A stretch of DNA of 64,000 bases from Minisyncoccota bacterium (GCA_036517475.1 DATDVZ010000003.1:56-64055), one strand, 5' to 3'. Counted from the first letter of the stretch, positions 1-10,621 are shown. Numbers and translations are program-made. Notes: a model not told the origin generated them from the sequence alone.

Positions 1-225
1 TATCGCCGGAAGATTTGAAACAGAGTGTGCAACAGCCAATATGACCTTTATATTTTCCTTATCAAGTTTATTTGGCTCCAACTCCTTTACAAGCAATGCA
101 ATGTTTCTATGGACAGATATAATATTTATTTCAAACTTAATATTATGTTGTTTAAAGAGTTTCTGTACTTCTGCTAAATACACAATATCATTCTTGCTCC
201 CCACTACAACCAGTAATCTTTTCAT
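1..225 (-). CDS. PurE/AIR carboxylase-like protein, 5' part (runs off window)
   Basis: Manual translation from ATG at 225 gives MKRLLVVVGSKNDIVYLAEVQKLFKQHNIKFEINIISVHRN...IKVILAVAHSVSNLPAI. This resembles PurE motifs GSxSD, SAHR and VIIAGAGxAAHLPG but is diverged. Not in the ORF track. Confidence 0.55.
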   Translation of the reverse strand, partial: MKRLLVVVGSKNDIVYLAEVQKLFKQHNIKFEINIISVHRNIALLVKELEPNKLDKENIKVILAVAHSVSNLPAI

Positions 226-265
226 ATCCAAAGTATACCAGTTCCGCGTCCCACAGACCTGTGAA

Positions 266-295
266 CCCCAGCACCAGAGCAAGCTTGGTACGGGG
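266..295. repeat. REP-like imperfect hairpin downstream of GIY-YIG gene
   Basis: CCCCAGCACCA-GAGCAAGCT-TGGTACGGGG; related to the hairpin at 626-657. Confidence 0.55.
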
Positions 296-311
296 CATGC
301 TTTTTTAAGTT

Positions 312-566
312 TTATAGTAAAGAATCTTGAAGCATTAGTTTTATAGCTTTTCTACCCTTAGTTGTTTTTAGATACATTTCTCTTCTTTTAGCATCCTTCA
401 TTGATTTATATGCTTCGTAAAAGATAAGCTCCCATGGTAAATATGGTTTGGTCGATGAGGATTTTCCTGTATTGTGTTCCGCTACTCGGCTTTTTAGATT
501 TGCTGAATAACCGACATATAATTGGTCAGTTTTCTTTTTACTTTTTAGAACATAGACATAGAACAT
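312..566 (-). CDS. GIY-YIG nuclease family protein (stand-alone, 84 aa)
   Basis: YVYVLKS...LYVGYS, R..EHN, YEAY, A.RRE.YLK motifs. Confidence 0.9.
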   Translation of the reverse strand: MFYVYVLKSKKKTDQLYVGYSANLKSRVAEHNTGKSSSTKPYLPWELIFYEAYKSMKDAKRREMYLKTTKGRKAIKLMLQDSLL

Positions 567-592
567 TACTTCTATTTTATAAGATTCAGGGC

Positions 593-657
593 GGAGAGCA
601 CCAGATCAAAGATCGATGCTCTCCAGCCCCGAACCGAACTATGTTCTGGTTCGGGGC
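593..657. repeat. Two tandem hairpins upstream of GIY-YIG gene
   Basis: GGAGAGCA...TGCTCTCC (593-624) and GCCCCGAACC...GGTTCGGGGC (626-657). Confidence 0.65.
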
Positions 658-800
658 GCGGGCGACCGGAATTTCACTGCTTGCTTCGCTGCGCTTTGAG
701 AACCCTCGGTTCTCAACGGCTTAAAGCCTGCTCTCCAATGCAGGAAAACTAGAGTTTTCCTGACACCTTTCCTCGGTTCAAATCCGTTCGTCAGCCTGAC
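656..800 (-). repeat. tRNA-Asp 3'-end-derived element
   Basis: 656-670 is identical to 845-859 (tRNA 3' end). An inverted copy of the T arm GGTTCAAATCCG lies at about 775-786, with internal palindromes between. Confidence 0.7.
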
Positions 801-806
801 AAAACA

Positions 807-839
807 AAAATTCCAGTATCAAAATGATACCGGAATTTT
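807..839 (-). terminator. Intrinsic terminator after tRNA cluster
   Basis: AAAATTCCGGTATCA-TTT-TGATACTGGAATTTT followed by a T-rich run on minus. Confidence 0.6.
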
Positions 840-845
840 CGTTTG

Positions 846-919
846 CGCGGGCGACCGGATTTGAACCGGCGACCTCTCCCGTGACAGGGGAGCGTTCTGC
901 CAAGCTGAACTACACCCGC
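846..919 (-). tRNA. tRNA-Asp(GTC)
   Basis: Cloverleaf; acceptor GCGGGTG/CGCCCGC, anticodon loop CTGTCAC, T loop TTCAAAT, G73; CCA not encoded. Confidence 0.95.
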
Positions 920-944
920 ATTATAATTGCAAAAGCAATTATTG

Positions 945-1017
945 TGTCGGAGGTGGGGATTGAACCCACGACCCCGGGCTTATGAGTCCCGTGCTCTACC
1001 AACTGAGCTACTCCGAC
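945..1017 (-). tRNA. tRNA(CAT), probably elongator tRNA-Met (Ile2 not excluded)
   Basis: Acceptor GTCGGAG/CTCCGAC, anticodon loop CTCATAA, T loop TTCAATC. A separate Ile(UAU) tRNA in the window favours Met. Confidence 0.85.
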
Positions 1018-1067
1018 GCATCTCATGGGTTTAATAGGTGTCGTGTCTGTCACCCACGAATTGCTTG

Positions 1068-1138
1068 TTGCGGGTACCAGAATTGCACTGATGCCTGCAG
1101 GTTATGAGCCTGCCGAGGTACTACTCCTCCAACCCGCT
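1068..1138 (-). tRNA. Initiator-type tRNA-Met(CAT), atypical
   Basis: A1xA72 mismatch, D stem GAGG/CCTC, anticodon stem GCAGG/CCTGC, loop CTCATAA, T loop TGCAATT. Confidence 0.8.
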
Positions 1139-1179
1139 ATAAGGCAACCATTATACAAAATGAGTTTTACTCTGCAACT

Positions 1180-1821
1180 TTATATAAAACTAAATTCGCG
1201 GAAGACTTTTTCGTATAATCCAACAATCCTGCGGGCCTCTCTTTCAGTAATCAGAAAATCACTTCCCTCGTGGGCAATTTGATTCCGAACCTTGTGCGCT
1301 TCCCAAGCTTCATCAATTGTCACAAAATCGCTTTTTTCTACTCCCTTAAGTTTGTCAGAAAGTGTTTCTCCGTGGTAGCCCATGGCGCTCATTAATTCAT
1401 CAAGAATAATATCGCACTCCAGTATTGCCAGTTTCCAGTCATTGGGATTTAGTGAATTAATATGCTCCCCTACCTTAATCCAGCGTGTATTTTTCTTATC
1501 TTCAGTGGGAACCAATGCTTGGTCAACAGGAGGAGCGTAAAGAGCATTCTGTATTTGATTAATCTGTGTGAGTTTAGTAACAGCCCAAGTTAGACCTGCA
1601 ATTGAAAGAGCGGAAATGACAAAAGATAAGAATATCAATAGAGGATAGACAAATTTCTTAAGCCATAAAATAAATTTTGAGCCGGCAAAAAGCAAATTTC
1701 CCTGCCCCAAAAGCATTGCAAAAATTCCGTTTAGAAGTGCAATGACAATAAGGCTTACAAGAAACCACAGCATTACTGTTTCAAATGGTGTTAAATCGAA
1801 GCTTTTTTTATCTTTATCCAT
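1180..1821 (-). CDS. Hypothetical membrane protein with C-terminal helical domain
   Basis: 213 aa; two N-terminal TM segments; WKLAILECD...AWEAHKVRNQIAHE (Rx4H, HEPN-like). Confidence 0.7.
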   Translation of the reverse strand: MDKDKKSFDLTPFETVMLWFLVSLIVIALLNGIFAMLLGQGNLLFAGSKFILWLKKFVYPLLIFLSFVISALSIAGLTWAVTKLTQINQIQNALYAPPVDQALVPTEDKKNTRWIKVGEHINSLNPNDWKLAILECDIILDELMSAMGYHGETLSDKLKGVEKSDFVTIDEAWEAHKVRNQIAHEGSDFLITEREARRIVGLYEKVFREFSFI

Positions 1822-1927
1822 TCAAATAATTTTTAATTAAAAATTTTAAATTTCTATTGAATTTTTAGTTTAATAATTATTAAAATTGTAGCATCTATTA
1901 AAAATTAAAAATTTCAAATTAGAAATT

Positions 1928-3352
1928 CTAATCCGACTCTCCTAAAAATTTTTTACCAACTTCAAACAACAAATCCTCCCTGTAATCTGATGCTGTAAAC
2001 TGGATACCTAAAGGCAGTTCATCTTTGTGGACTTTCACCATTCCGGAAGGAATTGATACGGCTGGAAGCCCTGCTACATTTGCCGGCACTGTGAAAATAT
2101 CTGCCAGATACATTTCAAGAGGGTTTTCTACCTTCTCGCCTATTTTAAAAGCCGGGGTGGGTGATGTGGGAGTGAGTACAAGATGAACCATTTCAAATAC
2201 CTTTTCAAAATCACTCTTTATAAGCGAGCGAAGACTATTTGCCTTATTATAATATGCATCATAATATCCTGAAGATAAAACATATGTGCCAAGAATTATT
2301 CTTCTTCTTACCTCTTTACCAAATTTCTTGCCGCGTGTTTCAAAATAGTCATCAATCAAGTTATCGGCATTTAAATGCGCGCCATATTTTACCCCGTCAA
2401 AGCGAGCAAGATTAGATGAGGCTTCAGCGGGCATAAGAATATAGTAGACCGCAAGAGAATATTTGACATTTGGAAGTTCAATTTCCTCAATCCCAAACCC
2501 CAGTTTCTCAAGTTTAGAAACCGATTCTTTAAAATTTTTCAAAACATCTTCACTTATTCCATCAACTTCAATCAAATGCCATGGGATACCGATTTTCAAT
2601 TTTTCTGGCAATCTGAGAGCTGGCGGATCAGGATAATATGATGTGCTATCCAGAGAGTCTTTACCTTTAATAGCATTAAAAATTATTTCCGCATCAGTTA
2701 CTGTTTTTGTGAGAGGTCCTATTTGATCAAGTGATGAACCAAGTGCAATGAGGCCAAAGCGTGAAACTGCCCCATATGTAGGTTTTAGGCCCACAATTCC
2801 GCATAAACTTGCCGGCTGGCGCACAGACCCACCGGTGTCGGACCCAAGAGCGGCAAGAGCCATTTCATCAGCAACAGCGGCAGCAGAACCTCCAGAGGAG
2901 CCCCCAGGAACCCTTGTTGGGTCAAGAGGGTTTCTTGTGACTCCAAAACCAGAGTTTTCAGTTGATGAACCCATGGCAAATTCATCCATATTGGTGCGGC
3001 CCAAAAAAATTGCTCCCTGTTTTTTTAGGCGATTTATTGAAGTTGCATCATAAGGAGAAATAAAATTTTCTAATATTTTTGATCCGGCGCTTGCAACTTT
3101 GCCTTTTATTAAAATATTATCTTTAACGGCAATTGGTATTCCTGTTAAGAATCCTCCCTTACCAGCATCAATTAATTTTTGAGATTCAAGTGCTTGTTGT
3201 TCAAGGTCACTAAATACTTCTAAATATGCATGTATGACAGTGTTTTTGCTTTCAATATTTTTTTTATAGGTATTTACAAAATCAAGTACAGAGAATTCTT
3301 TTTTAAGAAGTGCTTGATGTGCTTTTGAAATTGTTAGATTCTTAAGATCCAT
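1928..3352 (-). CDS. gatA: Asp/Glu-tRNA amidotransferase subunit A
   Basis: Amidase signature GGSSGGSAAAVA, GSDTGGSVRQPA, SNLARFDG. Confidence 0.97.
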   Translation of the reverse strand: MDLKNLTISKAHQALLKKEFSVLDFVNTYKKNIESKNTVIHAYLEVFSDLEQQALESQKLIDAGKGGFLTGIPIAVKDNILIKGKVASAGSKILENFISPYDATSINRLKKQGAIFLGRTNMDEFAMGSSTENSGFGVTRNPLDPTRVPGGSSGGSAAAVADEMALAALGSDTGGSVRQPASLCGIVGLKPTYGAVSRFGLIALGSSLDQIGPLTKTVTDAEIIFNAIKGKDSLDSTSYYPDPPALRLPEKLKIGIPWHLIEVDGISEDVLKNFKESVSKLEKLGFGIEEIELPNVKYSLAVYYILMPAEASSNLARFDGVKYGAHLNADNLIDDYFETRGKKFGKEVRRRIILGTYVLSSGYYDAYYNKANSLRSLIKSDFEKVFEMVHLVLTPTSPTPAFKIGEKVENPLEMYLADIFTVPANVAGLPAVSIPSGMVKVHKDELPLGIQFTASDYREDLLFEVGKKFLGESD

Positions 3353-3391
3353 AATTTTAATTTTTAATTTAAATCTTTTTTATTCGTGTCA

Positions 3392-3435
3392 TCCGATCCG
3401 CCAGCCGGCGGATTCGCCTGCCTGCCGGCAGGCAG
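3392..3435. repeat. REP-like palindromes TCCGCCAGCCGGCGGA and CCTGCCTGCCGGCAGGCAGG
   Basis: GC-rich palindromes in the AT-rich gatC-gatA spacer; TCCGCC...GGCGGA recurs at about 39407, 55567 and 59714. Confidence 0.7.
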
Positions 3436-3447
3436 GTATTATTCGTA

Positions 3448-3729
3448 CTAAAGAATCTTCTTAACCTTAATATAATCGCCCTCTTTTTGAGGTGCCGATT
3501 CAATTAATTCTGCACTATGTAATCCAGACTCATGAGGATTTTCGTCTTCCCTTAAAGTATTGATGGTGGCAGATGCAGATGAAACCACCACTCCACCTGA
3601 AGCATCATTTATCTGCCCCACATAAGCAAGAATAGGATCAATTTCTTTAACGAGTGAGTCAATCTCTTCTTGAGAAAGTTTTATTCTGGCAAGTACCGCC
3701 AATTTTTTTATATCTTCACCATCAATCAT
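3448..3729 (-). CDS. gatC: Amidotransferase subunit C
   Basis: KLAVLARI, LRED, AP..EGDYIKVKKIL; upstream of gatA. Confidence 0.92.
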   Translation of the reverse strand: MIDGEDIKKLAVLARIKLSQEEIDSLVKEIDPILAYVGQINDASGGVVVSSASATINTLREDENPHESGLHSAELIESAPQKEGDYIKVKKIL

Positions 3730-3733
3730 TTTA

Positions 3734-5788
<2,055 letters not shown>

Positions 5789-5828
5789 TTAGTATATTCG
5801 TATCAATTCGTATATTAGTATATTTGTA

Positions 5829-6392
5829 TTAGTAATTAACAACTATGGCCCTTTCTACTCTCCTTGCGCTCGAACTTGTACATGCAAAATTTGAAACACT
5901 GCCGGTATTATATCCGCGGGATTCAATGTTAGTTTTTAATGCTTTAGGAGACGTGGGGCTATAAGATTTTCCAACAGCAATCTGAACGCAGTATTTTTCA
6001 GAAACTCCGGAAAAAATAAAGGCGAATGTTGTTGTTCCGGCTTGTAGGGGCCCGAGAAATTTATTTATTGAAATTGAAGGATTGCCTCCGCAGGCAATAG
6101 GATTTGCGGGAGTTGAAGTAGCAAAAGAATTATTTTTTAGATCCCAGAAAAGAGCGCACTCAATACCGCTGTCTGCTGCGTAAAAGGCTGCAGAAGAGTC
6201 TTTTGCTATGCTTGAAATCCTAATTTGCTTCAATACAAGGTTCATTACATTAAAACTTACTAAAATAAGTGCCGCCGTTATGGTGACAGCAATGTAAGCT
6301 GCAATCCCCCGCTTAGAAAGTTTGTTGCTTGCCCGCCTAAGTTTTGCTTCGCAAAATTTTGGCAGGTAAATTGTTTTTTGTTTCTTGTTCAT
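5829..6392 (-). CDS. PilX-like minor pilin
   Basis: RG|IAAYIAV hydrophobic helix, AFYAADSGIECA, IESRG; last of the minor pilin run. Confidence 0.75.
   Translation of the reverse strand: MNKKQKTIYLPKFCEAKLRRASNKLSKRGIAAYIAVTITAALILVSFNVMNLVLKQIRISSIAKDSSAAFYAADSGIECALFWDLKNNSFATSTPANPIACGGNPSISINKFLGPLQAGTTTFAFIFSGVSEKYCVQIAVGKSYSPTSPKALKTNIESRGYNTGSVSNFACTSSSARRVERAIVVNY
6328..6369. repeat. In-frame palindromic insert in pilin leader
   Basis: CTTGCCCGCCTAAGTTTTGC-TTC-GCAAAATTTTGGCAGGTAA encodes LPKFCEAKLRRAS; non-coding homologue at 54921-54961. Confidence 0.75.
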
Positions 6393-6397
6393 TATTT

Positions 6398-7045
6398 CTA
6401 TTGCCAGTTAAATATTGACTCTCTTACTGTAAAAGTTCTTTGGGGACTAGTGCCTTTCTGCCATTTCATTATTACAGTCAGTATTATTTCCTGATTTGGA
6501 ACAACAACCTGAATCTGAATTTCCCTGTTAAAAAGCGTGCTAGTCCAAGAGGAATCATAACCATACATTCCGTAAGTTGCTGATGCCCCATTTAAATCCT
6601 GTCTGATGTTGGGGCAATTATTAATAGAACAGTTTGAAAAAGCAGTTGCGGGTCCTTTTGTTGCATCCAAAGTACAAGCAGTATTCGGATAGCATGACCC
6701 CAGATCGGCAAGCCAGTTTCCCGAGCCTCCGGATAAGACATTTGAGTCCCTTACATTTCGGATATACTCAACTGCCTCTTGAGCTAGAAAGAACGCAGTG
6801 ACTTGGTTTTTTGACTCAACCGAACTTGAAAGAGAGCTCTGAACCACAGTAAATGTGACAGTAAGCACTGCCACAAGAATTGAAATACCTATAAGTGTCT
6901 CGAGAAGAGTAAACCCCCCATTAGAGAAACCCTGCCCCAAAGTCCTCTCAGACTGCCTTAGGCGGGGCTGAACTCTCTCGGGGTAGGCATTTAAATTTTT
7001 TATTTTAAAATTGTAATTTTTCATTTTGATTTTTACATTTTGCAT
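6398..7045 (-). CDS. PilV-like minor pilin
   Basis: G|FTLLETL class III signal; AFFLAQEAVEYIRNVRD. Confidence 0.85.
   Translation of the reverse strand: MQNVKIKMKNYNFKIKNLNAYPERVQPRLRQSERTLGQGFSNGGFTLLETLIGISILVAVLTVTFTVVQSSLSSSVESKNQVTAFFLAQEAVEYIRNVRDSNVLSGGSGNWLADLGSCYPNTACTLDATKGPATAFSNCSINNCPNIRQDLNGASATYGMYGYDSSWTSTLFNREIQIQVVVPNQEIILTVIMKWQKGTSPQRTFTVRESIFNWQ
6916..6984 (-). mobile_element. Short TCTAATGGG-end element, in frame in prepilin leader
   Basis: CCCCGAGAGAGTTCAGCCCC...GGGGCAGGGTTTCTCTAATGGGG; homologous to 10255-10320. Confidence 0.65.
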
Positions 7046-7047
7046 TT

Positions 7048-7623
7048 TTATCTATCCAATACTCTTTGTGAAATTGTGGTTTGTAAGATAAAACTCGACT
7101 GCGATGTCGGCTTTGAGCCAACGTATCCCCTTGCTATGACGACCACCCGCGGCTGACCTGTATCCGGTGTAGGAGCACTATTGAAAACATAGAATCTCAG
7201 ATTTGTAACTATTACTTCAGGAGAGGTGATGCCAATATAATTTGTCGTACTGTCTGTGTATTTTCTTATCTGATTACCACCCCAGGTGTAAATAATTGAA
7301 TTACCTTCATTATTTGTGAAAGTAAAGAGAGCTGATCCGCCGCTTGATGAATCTTGGGTGGCAGTATGTGGCAGGGCATTATCAAATCCCGCATAATAAT
7401 TTTTTCCAAATTTAATTTCTCTTGTCATTAGCTCAAGAGTGAAATTTAGATTTGTCATCACGGTCTTTAAATATTTAGCCTTGCGTCCCGCATCCAATAC
7501 ACTTAAAACCGCCCCCAAGCTTATTGTGACAACAATAATAAAAACAGAAATTGCCACGAGCATCTCAACAAGGGTAAACCCGTTAACATTTTTGATTTTT
7601 ACTTTTTGATTTTTGATTTGCAT
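7048..7623 (-). CDS. PilW-like minor pilin
   Basis: G|FTLVEMLVAI; LELMTREIK; LQTTISQR. Confidence 0.85.
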   Translation of the reverse strand: MQIKNQKVKIKNVNGFTLVEMLVAISVFIIVVTISLGAVLSVLDAGRKAKYLKTVMTNLNFTLELMTREIKFGKNYYAGFDNALPHTATQDSSSGGSALFTFTNNEGNSIIYTWGGNQIRKYTDSTTNYIGITSPEVIVTNLRFYVFNSAPTPDTGQPRVVVIARGYVGSKPTSQSSFILQTTISQRVLDR

Positions 7624-8297
7624 TACTGTATCTGTACTTCCCCTGTAGTGTAAATATAAATATTTTGAGTTTTACCCTTTGGTGAGAGGAAAGTAATTCT
7701 TGCACCTTTATGTCCTGGATAAGTGACCTCGCTTGCACCGCTGTTATAAAATTTGAATCTCGCGGCTGGGTTAGGACGCAGATAAGTGAAAGCAATCCTT
7801 GAGACGGGAGCCAGAACATCATTGCTTTGAATGGCGTTCAAAGATGAAATAGTGTTATTTCTGGTAATGTTATACCTTATCTGACATTCATTGACTCCTG
7901 GCTGGCACATCTGACCAGTCTGAGTGAAATACCCGTTTTGATCAGTATCAATAAATGAAATTATGAAGTTGTTTCCACCGCCTGAAAGTAAGTTGAAATC
8001 AACTCCGTAAGCCAAAGAAAAAACCCCGGAACTTGGCGAACTTTCTCTTACACTTATGCCGTAAACCTGGGCCTCTCTTACCAAAATTTCAATTTCATGA
8101 ACATTGTTGCTTAAAGCGACCTGATCTGAAAAATCTCCTTGATTATAAACAACAATTGCAGTTATAAGAGCAATAATCACAACAGAGACAGTCAGCTCCA
8201 TTATTGTGAACCCAGCACCATTTTTTTTTCTAGAAAAATGGTGCTGGGCAGGTCCTCTTTTATTATTTAGACTTTTTTGTTCAGTTGTAGTTTTCAA
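7623..8297 (-). CDS. FimT/FimU-like minor pilin
   Basis: G|FTIMELTV; REAQVYG; C-terminal IYTTGEV. Confidence 0.8.
   Translation of the reverse strand: MKTTTEQKSLNNKRGPAQHHFSRKKNGAGFTIMELTVSVVIIALITAIVVYNQGDFSDQVALSNNVHEIEILVREAQVYGISVRESSPSSGVFSLAYGVDFNLLSGGGNNFIISFIDTDQNGYFTQTGQMCQPGVNECQIRYNITRNNTISSLNAIQSNDVLAPVSRIAFTYLRPNPAARFKFYNSGASEVTYPGHKGARITFLSPKGKTQNIYIYTTGEVQIQ
8211..8248. repeat. In-frame palindrome in prepilin leader
   Basis: CCCAGCACCATTTTT...AAAAATGGTGCTGGG encodes QHHFSRKKNGAG; relatives at 10210-10250 and 53679-53784. Confidence 0.8.
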
Positions 8298-9067
8298 AAT
8301 AGGTTAAATTTCAGAATTAATGAAAGTATTATCCCGATTATCATGAAAGGACCGAAAGGTATGGCACTCTTAATTGTAAGAAACTTTCTCTTTTTACTCA
8401 ACGTGATTTCTAAAATTTTTTGAAATATCAAAATCAAAAGACCCACAATAGCTCCTGACCAGAAACTCCAGGCAAGGGCCCAGATTCCATTTTTTATGCC
8501 GAGATAAAAACCCATACCCATAGCAAGCTTCACATCTCCGAATCCTATCCAGCGCCCCTTTGAGATAAACCAGAGTATAAAAATAAAAAAGGATAAAATT
8601 ATTCCTGCAAGAAGATGATTGGAAATATAACTCAGTGACGGATTTACGTATACCGTATTTACTAAAGAAAAGAACCAGAAAACAAAAACAGCGCTATCAG
8701 GTATGATCTTATGCTTTAAGTCGTAAACAAAAATCACAATAAGCGAACTCCAGATAACCCATGAGACAAGAAGATTAGGGATACTTAAAGAATAAAACAG
8801 ATATAAAACAACAAATGCCAAGCCTGTGGCAAGTTCGACTAGCGGATATTGAATTGAGATTTCGCTTCTACAGCTTGAACATTTTCCTCGTAAAGCCATG
8901 AAACTTATCACCGGAAGCAGTTCCCACCAAGCCAATTTATTGCCGCAAGACAAGCATTTAGATCTGCCGGTAAGACTTTCCTTGCCATATCGGTAGATTA
9001 CAACATTGAGAAAACTGCCAACAACGAGACCTAGAATAAAAACAAAAATAAAGATAACAAAATACAT
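8294..9067 (-). CDS. pilD: Prepilin peptidase
   Basis: GSFLNVVIYR, two CxxC, YDLKH..IPD, IGFGDVKL, IPFGPF. Confidence 0.95.
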   Translation of the reverse strand: MYFVIFIFVFILGLVVGSFLNVVIYRYGKESLTGRSKCLSCGNKLAWWELLPVISFMALRGKCSSCRSEISIQYPLVELATGLAFVVLYLFYSLSIPNLLVSWVIWSSLIVIFVYDLKHKIIPDSAVFVFWFFSLVNTVYVNPSLSYISNHLLAGIILSFFIFILWFISKGRWIGFGDVKLAMGMGFYLGIKNGIWALAWSFWSGAIVGLLILIFQKILEITLSKKRKFLTIKSAIPFGPFMIIGIILSLILKFNLF

Positions 9068-9083
9068 AATAATATTATTACAT

Positions 9084-9113
9084 AAAAAAACCTCGAGATT
9101 CGAGGTTTTTTTA
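9084..9113. terminator. Bidirectional intrinsic terminator after pilin genes
   Basis: AAAAAAACCTCG-AGATT-CGAGGTTTTTTT. Confidence 0.75.
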
Positions 9114-9131
9114 ATTTTTTCACCTTATACT

Positions 9132-9707
9132 CTAGAGACAGGTAGCTGTGTCAGCAGAGATTCCAGCTCCATTTGCAGTTGAAGTGGCTGTGCCAGTTGA
9201 ATCAATACACCAACTTAGAGATGTGTTGGTTTTGAGAGGTACTGAAATTGCCCATGAATCTGCGGTCGTTCCTACTGCTACATCCCCATCATCAGCATAA
9301 CATTCAGCAGCTCCACCACTGACCTGACTAGCGTGGGCAAGAGCTTGAGTAATGTTTGAGTCAAGAAACAATGAACCGACAGTCGCACAGTCTCCGCCAG
9401 CTACATCAGCTCCATAATTTAAATTGGTATCGTAATAAATTCCAGCCTGTGAACGGATGCCTGACAAGTCTCCTTTTATTGCAGCATCAGCCCCTTTGGC
9501 TCTGGCTGTGTTTAAAGAAGCAAGAACAATTGATGAGAGTATGCCGATAATGGCAATAACCACCAAAAGTTCAATCAGAGTAAATCCAGCTCTATTTTTA
9601 TTTACATGAAGACGTGATTTTATAAAACCACCTCCACCTCCGTCATTAGACCCCCCACCTCCATCTTTAGAATTTTCCATTTTGTTTAAATTAAAACCTA
9701 TAATCAT
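9132..9707 (-). CDS. Type IV pilin (major-pilin paralog)
   Basis: G|FTLIELLVVIAIIGILSSIVLASLNTARAKG; WCIDS; start could be 9680. Confidence 0.9.
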   Translation of the reverse strand: MIIGFNLNKMENSKDGGGGSNDGGGGGFIKSRLHVNKNRAGFTLIELLVVIAIIGILSSIVLASLNTARAKGADAAIKGDLSGIRSQAGIYYDTNLNYGADVAGGDCATVGSLFLDSNITQALAHASQVSGGAAECYADDGDVAVGTTADSWAISVPLKTNTSLSWCIDSTGTATSTANGAGISADTATCL

Positions 9708-9729
9708 AACATTTAAAATTCTACCACAA

Positions 9730-10344
9730 TTATGGACATGTAGTGGTAGTTAGGGCAACCGTATGGCCTTTGCTTATTCCGTTTGAATCCACACACCAAT
9801 AAGTGTAAGTCGGATCACTTTTCAGGGGAACTGAAACCGCATATGAGGACGGGTTGGAACCGGGGGTAGCCCCGCATCTGATGTTTGTATTATTACTAGA
9901 TGCACTAAAAGCAGCATTTATCATTGCATTTATCTTAGTGTCAGCAAATAATGAAACTAAGGTTCCTGTACCTGCTCCACAAATACTTGTTCCGCCGACT
10001 GAGGCGCCAATTGATCCGTAAGTGGCATTGCCAGTTGTTTCATAAAAAACTTGAGCTTGCCTCTGAAGTTGATTCAAATTGGATTTAATTGAAGCATTGT
10101 CTGATCTATTGCGCGCATTAATGAGACTTGAGAGAACTATTGATGATAAAACACCTATGATTGCTATAACTACCAAGAGTTCAATGAGAGTAAACCCAGC
10201 GAGAGTAAACCCAGCACTATTTTTTTTGTTACAAAAAAAATAGTGCTGGGTAAACCCCATTAGAGAAACTCTGTCCCAAGGCCTTTTCTTGCCTCCGGCA
10301 GGGCAGAACTCTCTAGGGACATACCCCTTATACTCAATTTTCAT
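9730..10344 (-). CDS. Type IV pilin (paralog) with expanded leader
   Basis: G|FTLIELLVVIAIIGVL; YWCVDS. Start moved to ATG 10344, just after TATAAT; the track's extension crosses repeat DNA. Confidence 0.88.
   Translation of the reverse strand: MKIEYKGYVPREFCPAGGKKRPWDRVSLMGFTQHYFFCNKKNSAGFTLAGFTLIELLVVIAIIGVLSSIVLSSLINARNRSDNASIKSNLNQLQRQAQVFYETTGNATYGSIGASVGGTSICGAGTGTLVSLFADTKINAMINAAFSASSNNTNIRCGATPGSNPSSYAVSVPLKSDPTYTYWCVDSNGISKGHTVALTTTTCP
10186..10320 (-). repeat. Three stacked in-frame inserts in a pilin leader
   Basis: 15-bp tandem duplication (10186-10215), perfect palindrome (10209-10251) and TCTAATGGG-end element (10255-10320). Confidence 0.8.
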
Positions 10345-10403
10345 AGGATTATTATAGCCCAAATTTAACCAAATTAACGAAATGATTATCCACATTACAA
10401 TAA

Positions 10404-10621
10404 AGAACGAGGATTGTTTTTGAAAAATCTTGCGCAGTCCCGTCATGGCGGGACGAATACGAGAAATCCCGCAGTAGCGGGATATCCGTGCTTTTTTAAT
10501 CAACAACGAACGAGTATTGGATTTTAAAAGCCCTGCGCAGTCCCGCACAATAGCGGGGCGAGCAGAGCAATCCGTCAGCTGACGGATATGTGTGCTTTTA
10601 AAATCCAATACGAGTGAGTCT
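10404..10621. repeat. Two tandem copies of a structured ~105-120 bp element abutting a stop codon
   Basis: Core TGCGCAGTCCCG..CGGG.CGA, then a hairpin, then AT..GTGCT, occurring twice; homologue at 60490-60607. Confidence 0.8.

Noticed and set aside
434-1282. Plus-strand ORFs over the tRNA cluster
   Set aside because: They overlap tRNAs, hairpins and real minus-strand genes, and show no protein features.
10345-10608. 88-aa N-terminal extension of a pilin in the ORF track
   Set aside because: It runs through repeat elements; TATAAT just before ATG 10344 marks a better start.
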